Source: Octopus sinensis (taxonomy: Eukaryota). From it: a stretch of 64,000 nucleotides of DNA. The translations under genes and the position numbers were made by a program. The notes beneath the pieces are model-generated. The model was given only the letters and a program-made list of their open reading frames with translations, ran no database searches and had not been told where the DNA came from. The stretch covers positions 3,286,001 through 3,350,000 of the forward strand of contig NC_043001.1 of NCBI RefSeq assembly GCF_006345805.1, in the 5' to 3' direction. Position 1 is the first letter of the stretch, and every line of letters begins with the position of its first letter. Positions 36,671 to 50,559 of the stretch are shown here, in pieces.

Positions 36671-37563
36671 TATGAGAAGTCAAAAAGTATCCACACTTTT
36701 GCCATAACCTATCTTTATCACCATCACACTGCCTTCTGTGCATGTGTGCTTATCGTTGGTACTATTGTGGTCACATGATTGATGTTTGAGCCTGATCATA
36801 CCATTTTCTTTGTGACTTTACAGTGTAAACATGACCACTCCACTGGCAATGTGCACCACAGAAGAACAAAGAACAAAGGGTGCAACTTTGAGCAGAATAG
36901 TCACAGGAGATGAAGCGTGAGTCTATATCATTATGCGGTAGAATCCAAAAGACAGAGAATGGAATGGAAAATACATACATGGCTTGCTAGCGACGAAGAA
37001 ATTCATCACTCAGTTTTCTGTGGGAAAGGTGATGCTAACCATTTTTGGGAACTGAAAAGGGCCTATACTGGAAGACTACTTGGAAAAGGGGTGAACGATC
37101 AACAGTGCAAGATACAGTGTTTTCCTGGCCCAAAAAGCTGAAGCCAGCAGTTTGCACCAAATTGTCAAAGAAAGTATTGTTGCTGTATGACAATGCATGT
37201 GCACACATTGCCACTCAGACCAATGAAACCATTAACCAATTGAGTTTTGAGGGGCTGGAACACCCTACCTACAGCCCAGATCTCGTCCCTTCTAACTATC
37301 ACATCTTGCGACTTCTCAAAGATAGTTTATGAGGTTGTTGATTTCCAACGGATGAAGATGTGAAGAAAGTGGTGCATAAATGGTTGCACGACGAACTGAA
37401 AACCTTTTTCTCGGTAGGAAGATGCAAGCTTGTGGAGCGTGGGACCAAGTGCATTGAAAAGGAAGGAGACTGTATAGAAAAATGACTGACTTGTTTATCT
37501 GATGCTTTTGTGTAAATACATTGAAAAAACAAGAGTACGTATAATGTTTGACTCTTCCTTGTA
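36671..37563 (+). mobile_element. Internally deleted mariner element with decayed TIRs
   Basis: HYAVESKRQRMEW; LLLYDNACAH; LEHPTYSPDLVPSNYHI; DEDVKKVVHKWL..KCIEKEGDCIEK*. Ends are tatgagaagtcaaaaagtat and tttgactcttccttgta. Confidence 0.9.
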
Positions 37564-40500
37564 TATGTAACGTGCAATTTAGCCAGTAGATTTCTTTTTC
37601 GGAAAATCCTCACTAACCCATATTGTCTCTTTGGTATTTCCTTACAAATCCAAGTGCACAAATTATTATTGGTATAAATATAAATTTATAATCAAGGTAG
37701 AGAAGTTAGAGGTTTTGAAGCATTAACCATTGTTATCTTCTTTCTCTTTGAAAATCAAAGACATATTTACAGCAGCAGGACATCTGACCCCTACGACAGT
37801 ACATATTCCCTTTTGTCTGTCCTAAACAACAGTATCCAACCTGTTATGTCTGCACTTGACAGATGTTTTGATGGGAATGTTCCACCAGAATTCCTTGTGC
37901 TGGTATTTGTGTGCGTATTCAATAACAGGGGGTTCTCTTTATTTATTCCAGGATAATAACTTCTCCAGATAGCATTGTATGTATATGTGTATATATGTAT
38001 GTGTGTATGTATGCAAGTATGCATGCAAGCATGCATGTATGTTTGTTGCATAAATCCATAAACAATAGCCTGTAGATTATTGGGTTTAAAACCCCTTGAA
38101 CGGAAAAATGTCAGAAGCACCATTCAATGTTTTCCCATCAAAGGGTTCTTTTTAACCCAATATTCTCGGCGATAATATTTATGAATGAATGTGTGTGCAT
38201 ATGTTTGTGCCTATAAGTAGGTGTGTGTATGGCAACAGCCATCACTCTTCCGATGCATTGGCGTACCTCTTCAGTATATACAATTATATTTGTTTCATTA
38301 CTCTTTACACATGCTTGTGTGTTACATGCACATGCACGTGCATGTGTGTGTTTGTGTATGTGTGTGTGTGTGTATGTGTGCATGCACGTTTGTGTGTGTA
38401 CATGCACGTGTGTGTGTGTGTATGTGTTCATTCCTGAAAACTGAAACGGAGAAACCCTGAATATCTTGCATGTTTATATGTATGTATACGTATATATATA
38501 TGTGTGTGTGTGTCTGTGCCCGTGCATTCGCGTATGCCTTTCATATGCATATATGTATGAATGTAAATAAAGCATCCATATAAACTGCAGAACAAACAAA
38601 GGAGGGGAGGTAGACAAATGAGGTACCACAATGCACGAAATACAGAAATATGAAAGAAGCAATAACAACTGAAGAATGTGTACAATAAATATGAATGTAT
38701 ACATTGATAATAAATATACCAAATGAAAGGAATACAAGTTAATCTAACAATTTGGGTGAATACATCTTTATCAATGCGAAGCAAAAGGAATAAGAGAAGT
38801 AGGAGGAAAAGAAATGGAAATGAAAGTGAATTTATGATACTCGTTTGCAATGGAGTGATAGTGTGTGTATATGACGTACGTATTTAATGTGTATTGGTGT
38901 GTATGTCATGGGTGGATATGAGACCCTTCTTTTAGCAACCTTTCTTAATCTCTTTTACACACACACACACATAGTAATTCTTTTTGGAATATCCTAAAGC
39001 ACAAACAAAAAGCCATAAATAATAGTGTCTGTGTGTATGTGTGCGTGTGCGTGTGTATATATATATTTATATACACATACATATATATATATATGTATAT
39101 ATACCTATATATATAAATATATATAAATGTATATATATGTCTATATATGTGTGTATATATATATATATATATGTGTGTATATGTGTGTGTGTGTGTATAG
39201 ACTTCTATGCCATTTCCACCTCAGTCTTATATATATACACATGCACACACATGTATATAAATATTTATATGTAAATATATAAGTATATATTTCTATATCT
39301 GTATATGTATGTGATCAGGTATATATGTGTGTGTGTGTGTTTGCATGTCTCCTCTGTACCATACATATGTTTGTGCATTAGCAAATGCTTGTAAGAAGCA
39401 AGGGGAAAATGTTTTGCAATATCTTAACTGCTCAACTGGTTCGGTTAGAAAGTGATTAATAAGAAGGTTTTAAGCTGTTTAAAAGAACAGAAATACTAAA
39501 ATATAATTCTGTAAGCAATATTGAAGCAAGTTAAATGGAATGAAAGTAAGATACTATTCGTTTTGCCAGAAACAAAAGCTTTTATAGCTTGCAGGTGAGC
39601 AAAGGCCAATTCATGAGTTCCAGAACTGTAATAATATGGATGTTATTAATCCCATAATCTTCTTGGGTCATAGATATATTGCCAAGGTCAGCTATCTGAA
39701 TCCATTTTCTCAATGAAAACTTTCTGCTTACTAAATAGTAAATATAGAATTTTCTGGAAGCTGATTGAGATAATAAATAAGCATGAATATTTTTAGATAT
39801 GGCCAATTCGTTGGTCAGTTCTAAACTTGTACATTATCTCTAAATAAGCCAAAACAAGAAGAGAAAAGAGAAAGCAGGTATAAATATGGAACGTAGATAT
39901 GATTTAATGAAGGAACCGACAAACCAGTTCTTGAAATATTCATTGTAGTAACAAAACCATTCTCAATGAATTCAAACAATTCTTTTATTCTTTTGTGAGA
40001 ATGTTTCTAAGCAATGTCTTTCATTTAATTTGAAAAATAATTAAGAATTTACAAGGATTTAGAAAACAATAAACTTTTCGATTATTTAACTGATGCTTGC
40101 AACCATTTAACAAAAAGGTTCTCAAATGAATTTATAAAGAAAAGGTTTTAATTTAAATATGTTTTTAACTTTAATTGTAATTTTGATTTTAATGTTTCAT
40201 TGAGAAAATGGATTGAGATACCCAATGTTAATAATATTTCTATAACCCAAGAGGATTATGGGATTAAAAAACTTGCCTAGACCTCAAGAGTTAGCCTTAG
40301 CTCAACTACATGCTGTAAATACTTTTGTTGTGGCAAACTACAGGAGTTTAGTAACATATAGAACCAAAGGTGGTCTCGGGCAGGTGAATTTCAACAAGAT
40401 TAAAATAATGAGTGGTTGGTTTATTTTCTAAATCTTTCATTTCCTAAAAACAAAAATTCAAAGCTTGGAATGGCCATAGCTGTGAATTCTAATTTAATTG

Positions 40501-40590
40501 ATTTTTATCAGCATTTTTCAGGTTTTAGGTATTCCTTTACGACTAGAAGTTAATAAAACTACCCAACATCTCACATAAATATATGCATGT

Positions 40591-40625
<35 letters not shown>

Positions 40626-40725
40626 TGTGCATAGAGCTCCCATTATAAACCAATGGAACATTTCATTGAACTTGTCTCCTGGTTGTTGGTTGGCTGATCT
40701 GTGATGGTGACTGGTTGAGTTGATG

Positions 40726-41150
40726 AATGGAAATAGGTTTCTTGGGCTGCGTGAAGAATTACCTGAACAACACCTGAGAACATTTAACAGAAGATTTTAT
40801 TATCACGCATAAAGACAAACTGCATTGGCCTTTTACAGGTAAAAACAGCAATAATTACAGACTGGGGGAGAGATGCTGCTTGGAGTTTATGGCAAGCTGT
40901 TGATATGGCAACGAGTGGATAATCCAACATGGCTGGAAGTGATTGTGCTATGTTTGTGGAGAGGGAGGTTCTTGGTCAACTGTTTGAGTGATGTGCTGCA
41001 TGGGCTGTCTGGTGTGGTAAGGAATGGAGACACACATCTCACTTGGCTGCCTCAACATTCTGCAAGTAATTACTGCCAAAAGAAGCCTTTTATAGGGTGC
41101 AAGAAGAAGATTCTAGAAGCTGGCATGATGCTGGTTGCTTGCTTAATAGA
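40726..41150 (+). repeat. Ancient unclassified dispersed repeat, copy A
   Basis: Colinear blocks of similarity with the minus strand of 49360-49758. Confidence 0.7.
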
Positions 41151-41886
41151 CTGACTGTGTGAAACTGTTGTGTTTCTGCTCATGGTGTCTGACCATGTAT
41201 CCAAAGATCTAGGTTCAAATCCCTGCTACAAAATTTTAAACCCTATTCTCACTAATTAACAACCATTCCAGTTAAGAATCATTATCTAGTTGCCACCACA
41301 AAAATTTATTGGTAATCTGTGTTTCATGTTTAAGTCCTGCTGAGGTCATATTAGCCATTGACCTTAACAAGGCCAATAGAAACATACCAAACCAAGGCCT
41401 ACCAACTTGCCAGCCCTTGTCAAGCCATCCGATCCATGCCAATATGGACAACGGGTGTTGAATGATGATGATGATGATTATGTTGATGATTAGTGTGTGG
41501 ATGACCAAAAGTAAGGATGTTCATCTAGATGCTGGAGAGTATTTCTGATGGTTATTTACATTTTTGGGTTCAAATCCTGTCAAACCAACTGCAGTAGTAG
41601 ACGTAAATTCCATTTGGACGAACACAACCATCTGGCCACCACCCCTGGTTGCCTTTAGAAAAGTCCGACCTGTTGCAAGCATTCAAGGTCAGGCTCCCAG
41701 CTGGAGAATACCCTGTTTAAGGATGTGGGTACTCTCTTCCTTTCAAACTAAAAAATAACATAAAAATAGTGAACAAACATGGCCTCTTAGTTAAGAAGTT
41801 TCATTTAAAGCCATGAGGTCTTGTGTCACATCTGATGGGAGTTGATTACTTTTAGGAGACGAGGAACTATGTACGTTACTTACATT

Positions 41887-42215
41887 ATTTACCTTATTTA
41901 CATTTGACGGATATTTGTCCTCATCTTGTTTGTTGTTATTGTTGTTATGGCGTTGTGGTTAAGAGCACAGGCTACTAGTCCCAAAATTCCGAGTTCAATT
42001 CCAGGTTGTAACCTGAATAATAATAATATAATAATAATAATAATAATAATAATAACATCGAAGAATACCTTACAAATGAGAACCCAGGTTTGAAATTTCC
42101 CGAAGACACATAATGAAGGCTGGAGGGTCTATCAGCCGAAACGTTGTGTTAACAACAAACAAGATGACGACAAATATCCGTCAAATGTAAATGATGTAAA
42201 TAATGTAAATAATGT
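41887..42215 (+). mobile_element. tRNA-Arg-like SINE with hammerhead (copy 3), inverted tail piece upstream
   Basis: Inverted tail at 41887-41938, head from about 41947, (AAT)n, hammerhead region 42105-42150, (aatgtaaat)n tail. Confidence 0.9.
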
Positions 42216-43049
42216 TGATTACTTTTGTCATAAGTTTTGGTCATCCCAAGCCCCAAGCCTTGAAAATTGAGGAAGCTTGTCAGATAAATGGACCTGGTTT
42301 TTAAATCCTCAATTATAAGGTTCACTGAGTCATGTTGATTTGGCCTGAAAATGATATTAAAGGCATGCATGTTGGTTCAATACTCAGTCATGTTACTGTA
42401 ATGAGTTGAGAGGTCAGTTGGGCAAATGAATTGGTCAAATAAGTTCATCCCTCAATGGGAGAGAGGTTCATAACCATATTTCCTGCAAGATTAATTTTGA
42501 TTCATGGTTCTCTGGAACTCCCCTGAATCAGTGAAGTAAACTGCTGAATGCAACTGGTTCATTGCAAATCAATGAAGGAGCATGTAAGAGAGTGTTTAAG
42601 CTTCTAGAAACACCAGCCAAACCTCCCTGATATCGTAAAGCACTCTTTCTTTCTCCCCCCCCCACTTCTATACTGAACTCTCCCACTTCAGTGCTGACTG
42701 GGTTCATGTCACCTCACCTTAGGCATTTCTCTTTCACACAGCTCTCCTTCTCTCCTCACACTCACACTCCCCAATGCCTGCTCTTATTACTACAACAATG
42801 GTTTCCATCCAAAAAAATATCAACCCTCAGGCATTACAAACCCCTACTCATATCTTTCTCACAGTCGTTGAGGGACAAAGTTTCAAGAATTAATAGCATT
42901 GACCTTAACAGTCAAAGAGGGCCTGTGAAACTCACAAGCACTGTTCATTCTTTCACATCTTACGTGTGGAAAAAACACCTGTAATTTACTAAACAATTCA
43001 AGTTCTTGATTAGACACTAATCATAAACCTAGGAAGTAGTATTAATTAT

Positions 43050-43538
43050 TAGAACTGAAATTGAAATCAAATTCGCTGACTGGCATCTGTGCTGGTGGAG
43101 CGTTAAGACAACCATCTGGGCATGATCGTTGCCAGAGCATCTAACTGGCTTCCTGTGCTGGTGGCATGTAAAAAAGTACCAATCAAGCATGATCATTACC
43201 CATGTCTCCTTACTGGCACTTGTGCCAGTGGCACGTGAAAAAACATTCAAGCGAGGTCATTGCCAGTGGTGCTGGACTGGCTCCTGCGCAGGTGGCATGT
43301 AAAAAACACCATTTGAGCGTGGCCTTTGCCAGTACTGATTAACTGGCCCTCGTGCTGGTGGCACGTAAAAGAACCGACTACACTCTCAGAGTGGTTGGCA
43401 TAGGAAGGGCATCCAACTGTAGAAACTCTGCCAGATCAGATAGGAGCCTGGTGCAGCCATCTGGTTCGCCAGTTCTCAGTCAAATCGTCCAACCCATGCT
43501 AGCATGGAAAGCGGACGTTAAACGACGATGATGATGAT
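43050..43538 (+). mobile_element. RTE 3' UTR with internal repeats and (GAC/GAT)n tail
   Basis: gtggttggcataggaagggcatcc..gcggacgttaaacgacgatgatg. Confidence 0.9.
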
Positions 43539-44981
43539 GAACTGATTGCAGTATTTGATGGGTCCTTTATTTTATTAAACTTAGAATGAGAAAAGGCAAA
43601 ATTAAACAAAGGAAGATTGGATCTCAAAATGTGAAGAGCTGTAATTAGATGCCACACAGCATTTTGTCTAACATTCAAAGTATTCCATTAAACGGAGCCT
43701 TAATCCTGTCTTATATCATAGCTTTTGCGCTATGAGTCACAATGTGTGTCTGTCATTGAGTTTGTTTAATAAAATGTGTCTTTATTATCATTAGTAACCA
43801 GAAATTGGTTTGGCACTATGTACAACTCATTACCCTGGTAATTTTGACATCCCTTAGGTACACCAATAATAATATAATGAACAAGACGCCAGTGATCTGA
43901 TTGCTGACAAATTACTGTAGATACACGAATCTATAGGATTTATAACATGTAAGTTTGTGGTGCTTACGTTATATTTGCGACACATTTATAGAAGAATTTC
44001 ATTGGAATTTTAGATTCCAAATTCACCATGCCCATTACATTTTGGCAAACCAACAGGATTAGTTGAACAGACTAACATTCACTAGCAGAAAATTTGTCCA
44101 CTTCTGAATTCTTCCTCAACAGGCAGACTAATTATATCAACATAGAATTCTTACGATAATTATCCATAGATTTCTTTTTACCATTATTGGAATCAATACA
44201 CAGATATTAGTTAAGCTGAACTTGCTACTTATTTGGTAGCACGATAATGATGAGGAATTTTATTTGATGCTTGCGGCGAATTGTTTAACTTTGGGGAAAT
44301 AATTGTTTCCAGATTTCAGGCAACACATGTAATCTCTTGTTAATTGCTGACAGTTTATTCTAGAGACACATGTACTCTTGGGTGCATTCCAAGCCTTGAA
44401 GAATGGCTTCAGTTCCAAATACCTTAATATCAATAAATCAGATACAAAAGTATTAATTAGTAACAGAATGAATCAAATGTCCAGTGACATATAACAAGTG
44501 GAATCGGTCAAGTTGTCAGGAGAATAGCAGTAAAATGTAGAACTCAATACAGAGTAGAAGTTACAGCCAGTTTTCTGTGGTAGATTCCTGAATAACAATA
44601 CAGAAGAGGCACAATGTGTCGGTAGTAGTAGAGGGGATTGTGATTTAGCCTTTGTCTTCTATGTTGTATCTACTTGTTTCAGCCATTAGACTCTGGCCAT
44701 GCTGGGGCAACACTTTGAAGAATTTTTTGTCAAATGGATCGAACCCAGTACTTTTATTTGTTTTTTTTTTTTGAAACCTTGTGCTTATTATTCTGCCAAA
44801 TCACCATGTTATAGGGCCGTAAACACACCAACACCGGTTTTCAGGCAGTGGTAATGGCCAAATACAGACAGAAACACACACCGTTTAGCACTGTGGTCGA
44901 TATAATCAAGTTACCCTCTTGACATTGCTGGCCTTTTGGCCAAAACTGAAACTGTTGTTATTGTTGTTATTATGATTATTA

Positions 44982-45042
<61 letters not shown>

Positions 45043-45062
45043 TATTATTATTGTTGTTATTA

Positions 45063-45111
<49 letters not shown>

Positions 45112-46419
45112 TTTATATTCTACATTAGCCTTACACTGAAATACAAATACACATCAGTTGATAACAGGGAACTGCAAAGAATGAGCCCCTCTTTGACCCA
45201 ATTCCTCTTCTCCCCAACGGCATACCACACTATTGAACGTAGCAAGGTATGCCATGCTTCTCTTGGCTCAGAGCATAGCTCTCATTTCCTTAGACTATCC
45301 ATACTACCACCATACCAATATACATACACACATATATGTAAATATGAAAACATACGTGTGTGTATGTGTATGTGTGTGTGTGTGTGTGTGTTCAAATAGT
45401 TTCGTTTTTCTCTGCTATATATAACTGCAGCCTTAGAAGAAATTTATATCATTAGGACACAAGCACACACATATACATACACGTATATACACGCTGATAT
45501 ATAAGTATAAATACATACACAAACACACACACACATGCACATACACATATATACACGCTGATCTATATGTATAAATACACACACACAGATATTAACACAC
45601 ATATACACATGCTGATATATATGTATAAATACACATGCACACGCAGATACATATACACACATATACTCATGCTGACATATATGTATAAATACACACACAC
45701 ACAGCTATATACACACATATACTCATGCTGATATATACACACACAGACACTGATATCCATTGAAAACATTTATTGCAAATACTCACATATATATTATACT
45801 GTAAAGAAGAGAAAGCAATATGGATATCTTCTTTCAACCAGTCATTTATAATTTATATTTCTCTTCCTATAATTCTATCAACGCACACAAACACACACAC
45901 GGAACCACATATGCATTTTGCCTATATATGCAAAAGCTGAAGACATATGTTACTAAATCCCATTATATGTTAATCCACCAATCCTATTTTATTATGGTTA
46001 TTTGTCAGTGAAGCTTAGGCAAATATAATTTATATCCTCAAAACGATTTTACAAATCTCCTCTCAAAGAAAACTTTCTCAGACTGTAACAGCACTCAGAT
46101 GGTTTTTGCATCTCTCCAAGTGTTTGCCACGTCCAAACTAACATGGCAAATATTGTTCCTAGGAGAAGAGATTTTTTTTAGATGTTTAAAGATTACTTTC
46201 TGAGAGATTTCAAAGAATCTTTATAAAATCGAAGTTAATGGACGCAAAAGAGAATCTGGTGGACATAACTACATTCTTTAGAGTGTTTGGTTTTCCGTTA
46301 ACAAGGCTCTTCTAGAAAACCAGCAACATAGCTGAATATTTTATATCCTTTCTGCTAACTCATCACCATCACAAACATCCTCTTCCTACTCCCCCTCTCC
46401 CTCCTCCTCCTCCTCCTCA

Positions 46420-46790
46420 TCATCATCAACATAATGTAACACCTATTTTCCATGCTTGCATAGGTTGGAGGGTTTTACAGGTGCTAATAAGATGGAGCAC
46501 TGCACCAAGGTCCTGTTGTCTGTCTGGTAAGGTTTCTACAGCTGGATGCCCTTCCTAATGCCAACCACTTTGAAGAATGTACTTTATTTCTTTTGCAGAA
46601 CTCTGGCACAGGTGCTTTGTACATGGCATCAGTGTGGTTGCTTTAGACACGGCACCAAGACAGGTGCTTTTTTTTATGTGGCACCAGCAAAGGAACTTTA
46701 CATGTGGCACCAGCACAATACACAGAAAATCCAACTTACCACAAGGATGCCCCACTTTCTCCTCCACCGCTTATTGGTTAACACAAACAC
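46420..46790 (-). mobile_element. Old RTE 3' UTR fragment
   Basis: gtttctacagctggatgcccttcctaatgccaacc plus decayed internal repeats. Confidence 0.75.
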
Positions 46791-47619
46791 AAATGCAAAC
46801 TGAGAAAGGGAAGAGGAGGAGGAAGAAGAGGAAGAGGAGGTGGTAGCCATATTGCTTTCCAACATCCTCTGTGAATGCTGCGTTTCATCTCTCAGCAGTA
46901 TTTTTCTAACCATCAAATGTTGCAGGTGTTTGATCGGCCGGTAGAGGTGTCCAGACTCCCAATCAGAGCCTGTGGTGCCTGGTGCCGGCCTGCGGGTGTG
47001 GCGCTAGATGCTTTGGCCTTCAGGGACAGGTCATTTCGACATCTACTCAGCATGGGGATTCTACCCACAAGATCCCTGTATGATGACTAAGAATAACTAA
47101 AAGCAAAATAGAGACAATATACCGAATATGACAAATAGGTGGTACCATGATCTCTTGGAAAAAAAAATCAATATCAGAAAAGAATTGTGTATCCAATCTG
47201 CATACAGCGCCAAGGATGGACTATGAATTTGATCTTTGGCTGTGGGGCTGATTCTTTATTGGTGTTTCAAGTAATTAATCTGGTTTACACAGACACACAT
47301 ATAAACACACACACGCATATAATTGCATACACACACACACACATACACACACACACACACGTGCATAGACACACATGCACACACGAGTGTGCGTCTGCGT
47401 AGATATTATTGCATTATTGCAGCCTTATAACATTTGCATTTTCAATGTGTTCCTCTAATAAAAGTTATATTGTTTCAGAGAATTCGATTATATCTCAGCT
47501 TCTGTTCAATAAACAAAGGATTATGTTTTATGAGATCAGGAATATGATGGGAGGTTGTAGCATTAATTCCTTTCCTAATAACATTATTTATGTACAGGAA
47601 GTAATTTCATTCCAGAACA

Positions 47620-47668
47620 ACAACAACGACAACAACAACACGTTACTACTACTACTACTACTACTATC

Positions 47669-47725
<57 letters not shown>

Positions 47726-47726
47726 G

Positions 47727-47758
<32 letters not shown>

Positions 47759-47922
47759 ACTGCTGCCGCTGCTGCTACTGTTGCTGTTGTTGATGATGAT
47801 GATGATGTTTTTGTTGCTGCTGCTGCTGGCGTTGCTGCTGCTGGTGATGTTGATGATGTTGATGATGTTGATGTTGATGATGGTGATGATGTTGTTTTTG
47901 TTGCTGCTGCTGCTGCTGCAGC

Positions 47923-47953
<31 letters not shown>

Positions 47954-47982
47954 ATCCTTATTCCTATTATTATTATTATTTG
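47620..47982. repeat. Compound trinucleotide microsatellite (CAA/CTA/CTG/GAT/GTT/TTA)
   Basis: Seen directly; source of the 212-aa poly-Leu ORF. Confidence 0.97.
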
Positions 47983-48669
47983 ATTCTGGTTTCCCAGTTA
48001 TTTCTCAAATCATCCCAGCATGGAACGGTTTCAGAATGCAGGATTGATGTCTGTGAAGCAAGAAAACGTTTTGAAAGCCTGGAAATAACTTGAGCACAAT
48101 TCTGTCAGACCCTCATTTGATTGGGAATGTCTTTGACACTGAGGCAGTCTTCATCATACTGGTGGCCATGGTGAAAGAATGTGTGTGGTGGACTCGAGCA
48201 AAAGGATTAGAGACAAACACTTACCTCTCTGACCAATCGCTCATCAACTTTTTAGAAGGTGAGAATGGAGAGGCAGGTTTTGTCTCATGAAAGTTTTAAA
48301 AAAAGTTGGGTGAATGTAGCAAAGATGGTGCATGCAAGTGACAAAACCACTTTGAGCATGATCCGGTAAATCGAAAAAAGAGAGAGAGAGCACTTTGCTC
48401 TCATGTGTTTATTCCCTCCCTGCCTGAGGTTACCGTGGTCTTTTTCATAGGCTTTTCTTTCCACAGATAAACCTAATCTTGCTTCTTACATTTTTTAAAT
48501 TCTTCTATGACATACGATCCCTTTTGATCCTTTTCTTTTCCAGATCCCTTTTGATCAGGATTTTACTTTTGTTTCTCATTTTTCCTCGTTTGCTTTTCAT
48601 TTACGAAAAGAAACGCTCTACATTTGTATTTGTCCCTTCTGTGTTCAGCCCTGTGTGGCCAATAAAGAA

Positions 48670-48671
48670 AG

Positions 48672-48748
<77 letters not shown>

Positions 48749-48847
48749 CATCTGTCAATCTATCTATCTAGCTAGCTAGCTATCACTTTATCTATCTACC
48801 AATTTATCTATCTATCACTTTGTCTACCTATCTGTCTACCTACCTAT

Positions 48848-48916
<69 letters not shown>

Positions 48917-48939
48917 CATCTATCTATCTAACTATCACT

Positions 48940-48970
<31 letters not shown>

Positions 48971-48979
48971 AATATCACT

Positions 48980-49011
<32 letters not shown>

Positions 49012-49012
49012 G

Positions 49013-49047
<35 letters not shown>

Positions 49048-49088
49048 TTATCTATTTATCTATCTATCTCTGTCTGTCTATCTATCTG

Positions 49089-49121
<33 letters not shown>

Positions 49122-49140
49122 TTATCTATTCATCTATCTT
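48670..49140. repeat. (CTAT)n tetranucleotide array
   Basis: Seen directly. Confidence 0.98.
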
Positions 49141-49359
49141 TCCAGCTGTCATATCTCTGATAATCCGTTGGTTCAAAATTGGGATTGCTGAAAGGATGTC
49201 AATGCTTGTTCATGACTTTACGGGCACCTAACACAATTACTGAAAGCATGGTACATCCTACCAGGTCATATTGCTTGCAAGCAATGGCTATGGTACCTTA
49301 CAGATTGAAAACTGAATTACTGGTTAGCTGAATAAACATCACGGCTAAGCCACTGATCA

Positions 49360-49758
49360 GCCAATTAACTGACAAACCAGCATCAAACCATTGGGTGATT
49401 CTATTTTCTATAACTTTCTTATTGAGACCCGTATAAAGGCAGTTTTTTGGCAGTAACTCCAGAAGGTTGAGGCAATCCTTGACTTCTCTGTTCTCATGGC
49501 AATTACAAGACAGAGGTTTGGTCATCATGAACATAGTGCAGTTATTATCCTGTTGTGATGGGCCAACCGCAGACTGTTGTGCAGCAGCTAAATTGTTGTA
49601 GACCTCAGTAGTATGTCTCTCCCAGTGTGTAATTATCACTGTTAGTAATTATAAAAGACCAATATAGAAGAGACTATTTGCAGTAAATAAGCTTCTGTTA
49701 ATTCTCGGTGAGTGTTGTTAATTAATTTTACATGCTGCCATAGAAATCTATTTTCATT
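49360..49758 (-). repeat. Ancient unclassified dispersed repeat, copy B (overlaps a 113-codon open frame)
   Basis: Homologous to 40726-41150; ORF 49298-49639 lies over it. Confidence 0.7.
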
Positions 49759-50559
49759 TTACTCCAGCATCCTGTGCCAAACAACACCTCTCAATACAGA
49801 CATGATTCGAACCTGCTGCCTTCTTGAATCAGTTTCTGATATATGTGGGATTCTTTTCTTCAAATAGGGAGGTGGAAATATTTCAAATATTACTGAACAT
49901 GTTTCCTGATTGCTTTTTGTCAAATAAAGATTCTTTAACGACTAAGAAAACGACATAATAATTAATATGGTGAGCATGGTCATCATCATCTTTAGGTCAT
50001 CCTCACCGCTGCTACCGCCACCACCACCACCACCACCACCACATCGCCGCTACTGCCGCCACTTCCGCCGCCACCACCACCACCACCACCACCACCACCA
50101 CCACCACCACACTGCCACCACCACCATCATTGTTCTCCTTCTCATTTTAACATCTAATTTTCTATGCTTGCATGGGTCAGACAAGAGCCCAATGAGGTAG
50201 AATTCTCTATGACTGTATTCCCTTCCTGTCAGCCATCTCCTCTTATTTCCAAGACAGGTAAATAATTCTGCTTTGCCAAGCAACCCTTGCAAAGCAGGTG
50301 TCAAGGCTTAGAGTGCATTACAGTCATACGGAGATTTCATTTGAGTTATTAATACTTCTGGTACTTACAGTTTGCTGGTTGTCCGTAAAGGGTTTTACAC
50401 TAATTTACATTACTTCCGGATCTTTGGAAAAGTTTTCTATGAACTGCAAATCACAAAACAAGACATGGTTGGCACATCGACTTTTTTCCCGTTGTTTGTT
50501 GAAGAATTTGTTCCAACCATGTGATTATATTTAGTAAGTGTGGGACTGAAGCAGAATGT

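Noticed and set aside
40940-41060. PHD-finger-like reading (LCYVCGEGG..CCMGC) in ancient repeat copy A
   Set aside because: The cysteine codons coincide with TG dinucleotides explained by CpG decay (copy B has CA there), and the frame has stops.
47409-48047. 212-aa ORF with a poly-Leu, membrane-like stretch
   Set aside because: Translation of a compound trinucleotide microsatellite.
48222-48390. Strong minus-strand donor GAG|GTAAGT
   Set aside because: No good upstream acceptor, and stops in all frames; insufficient to call an exon.
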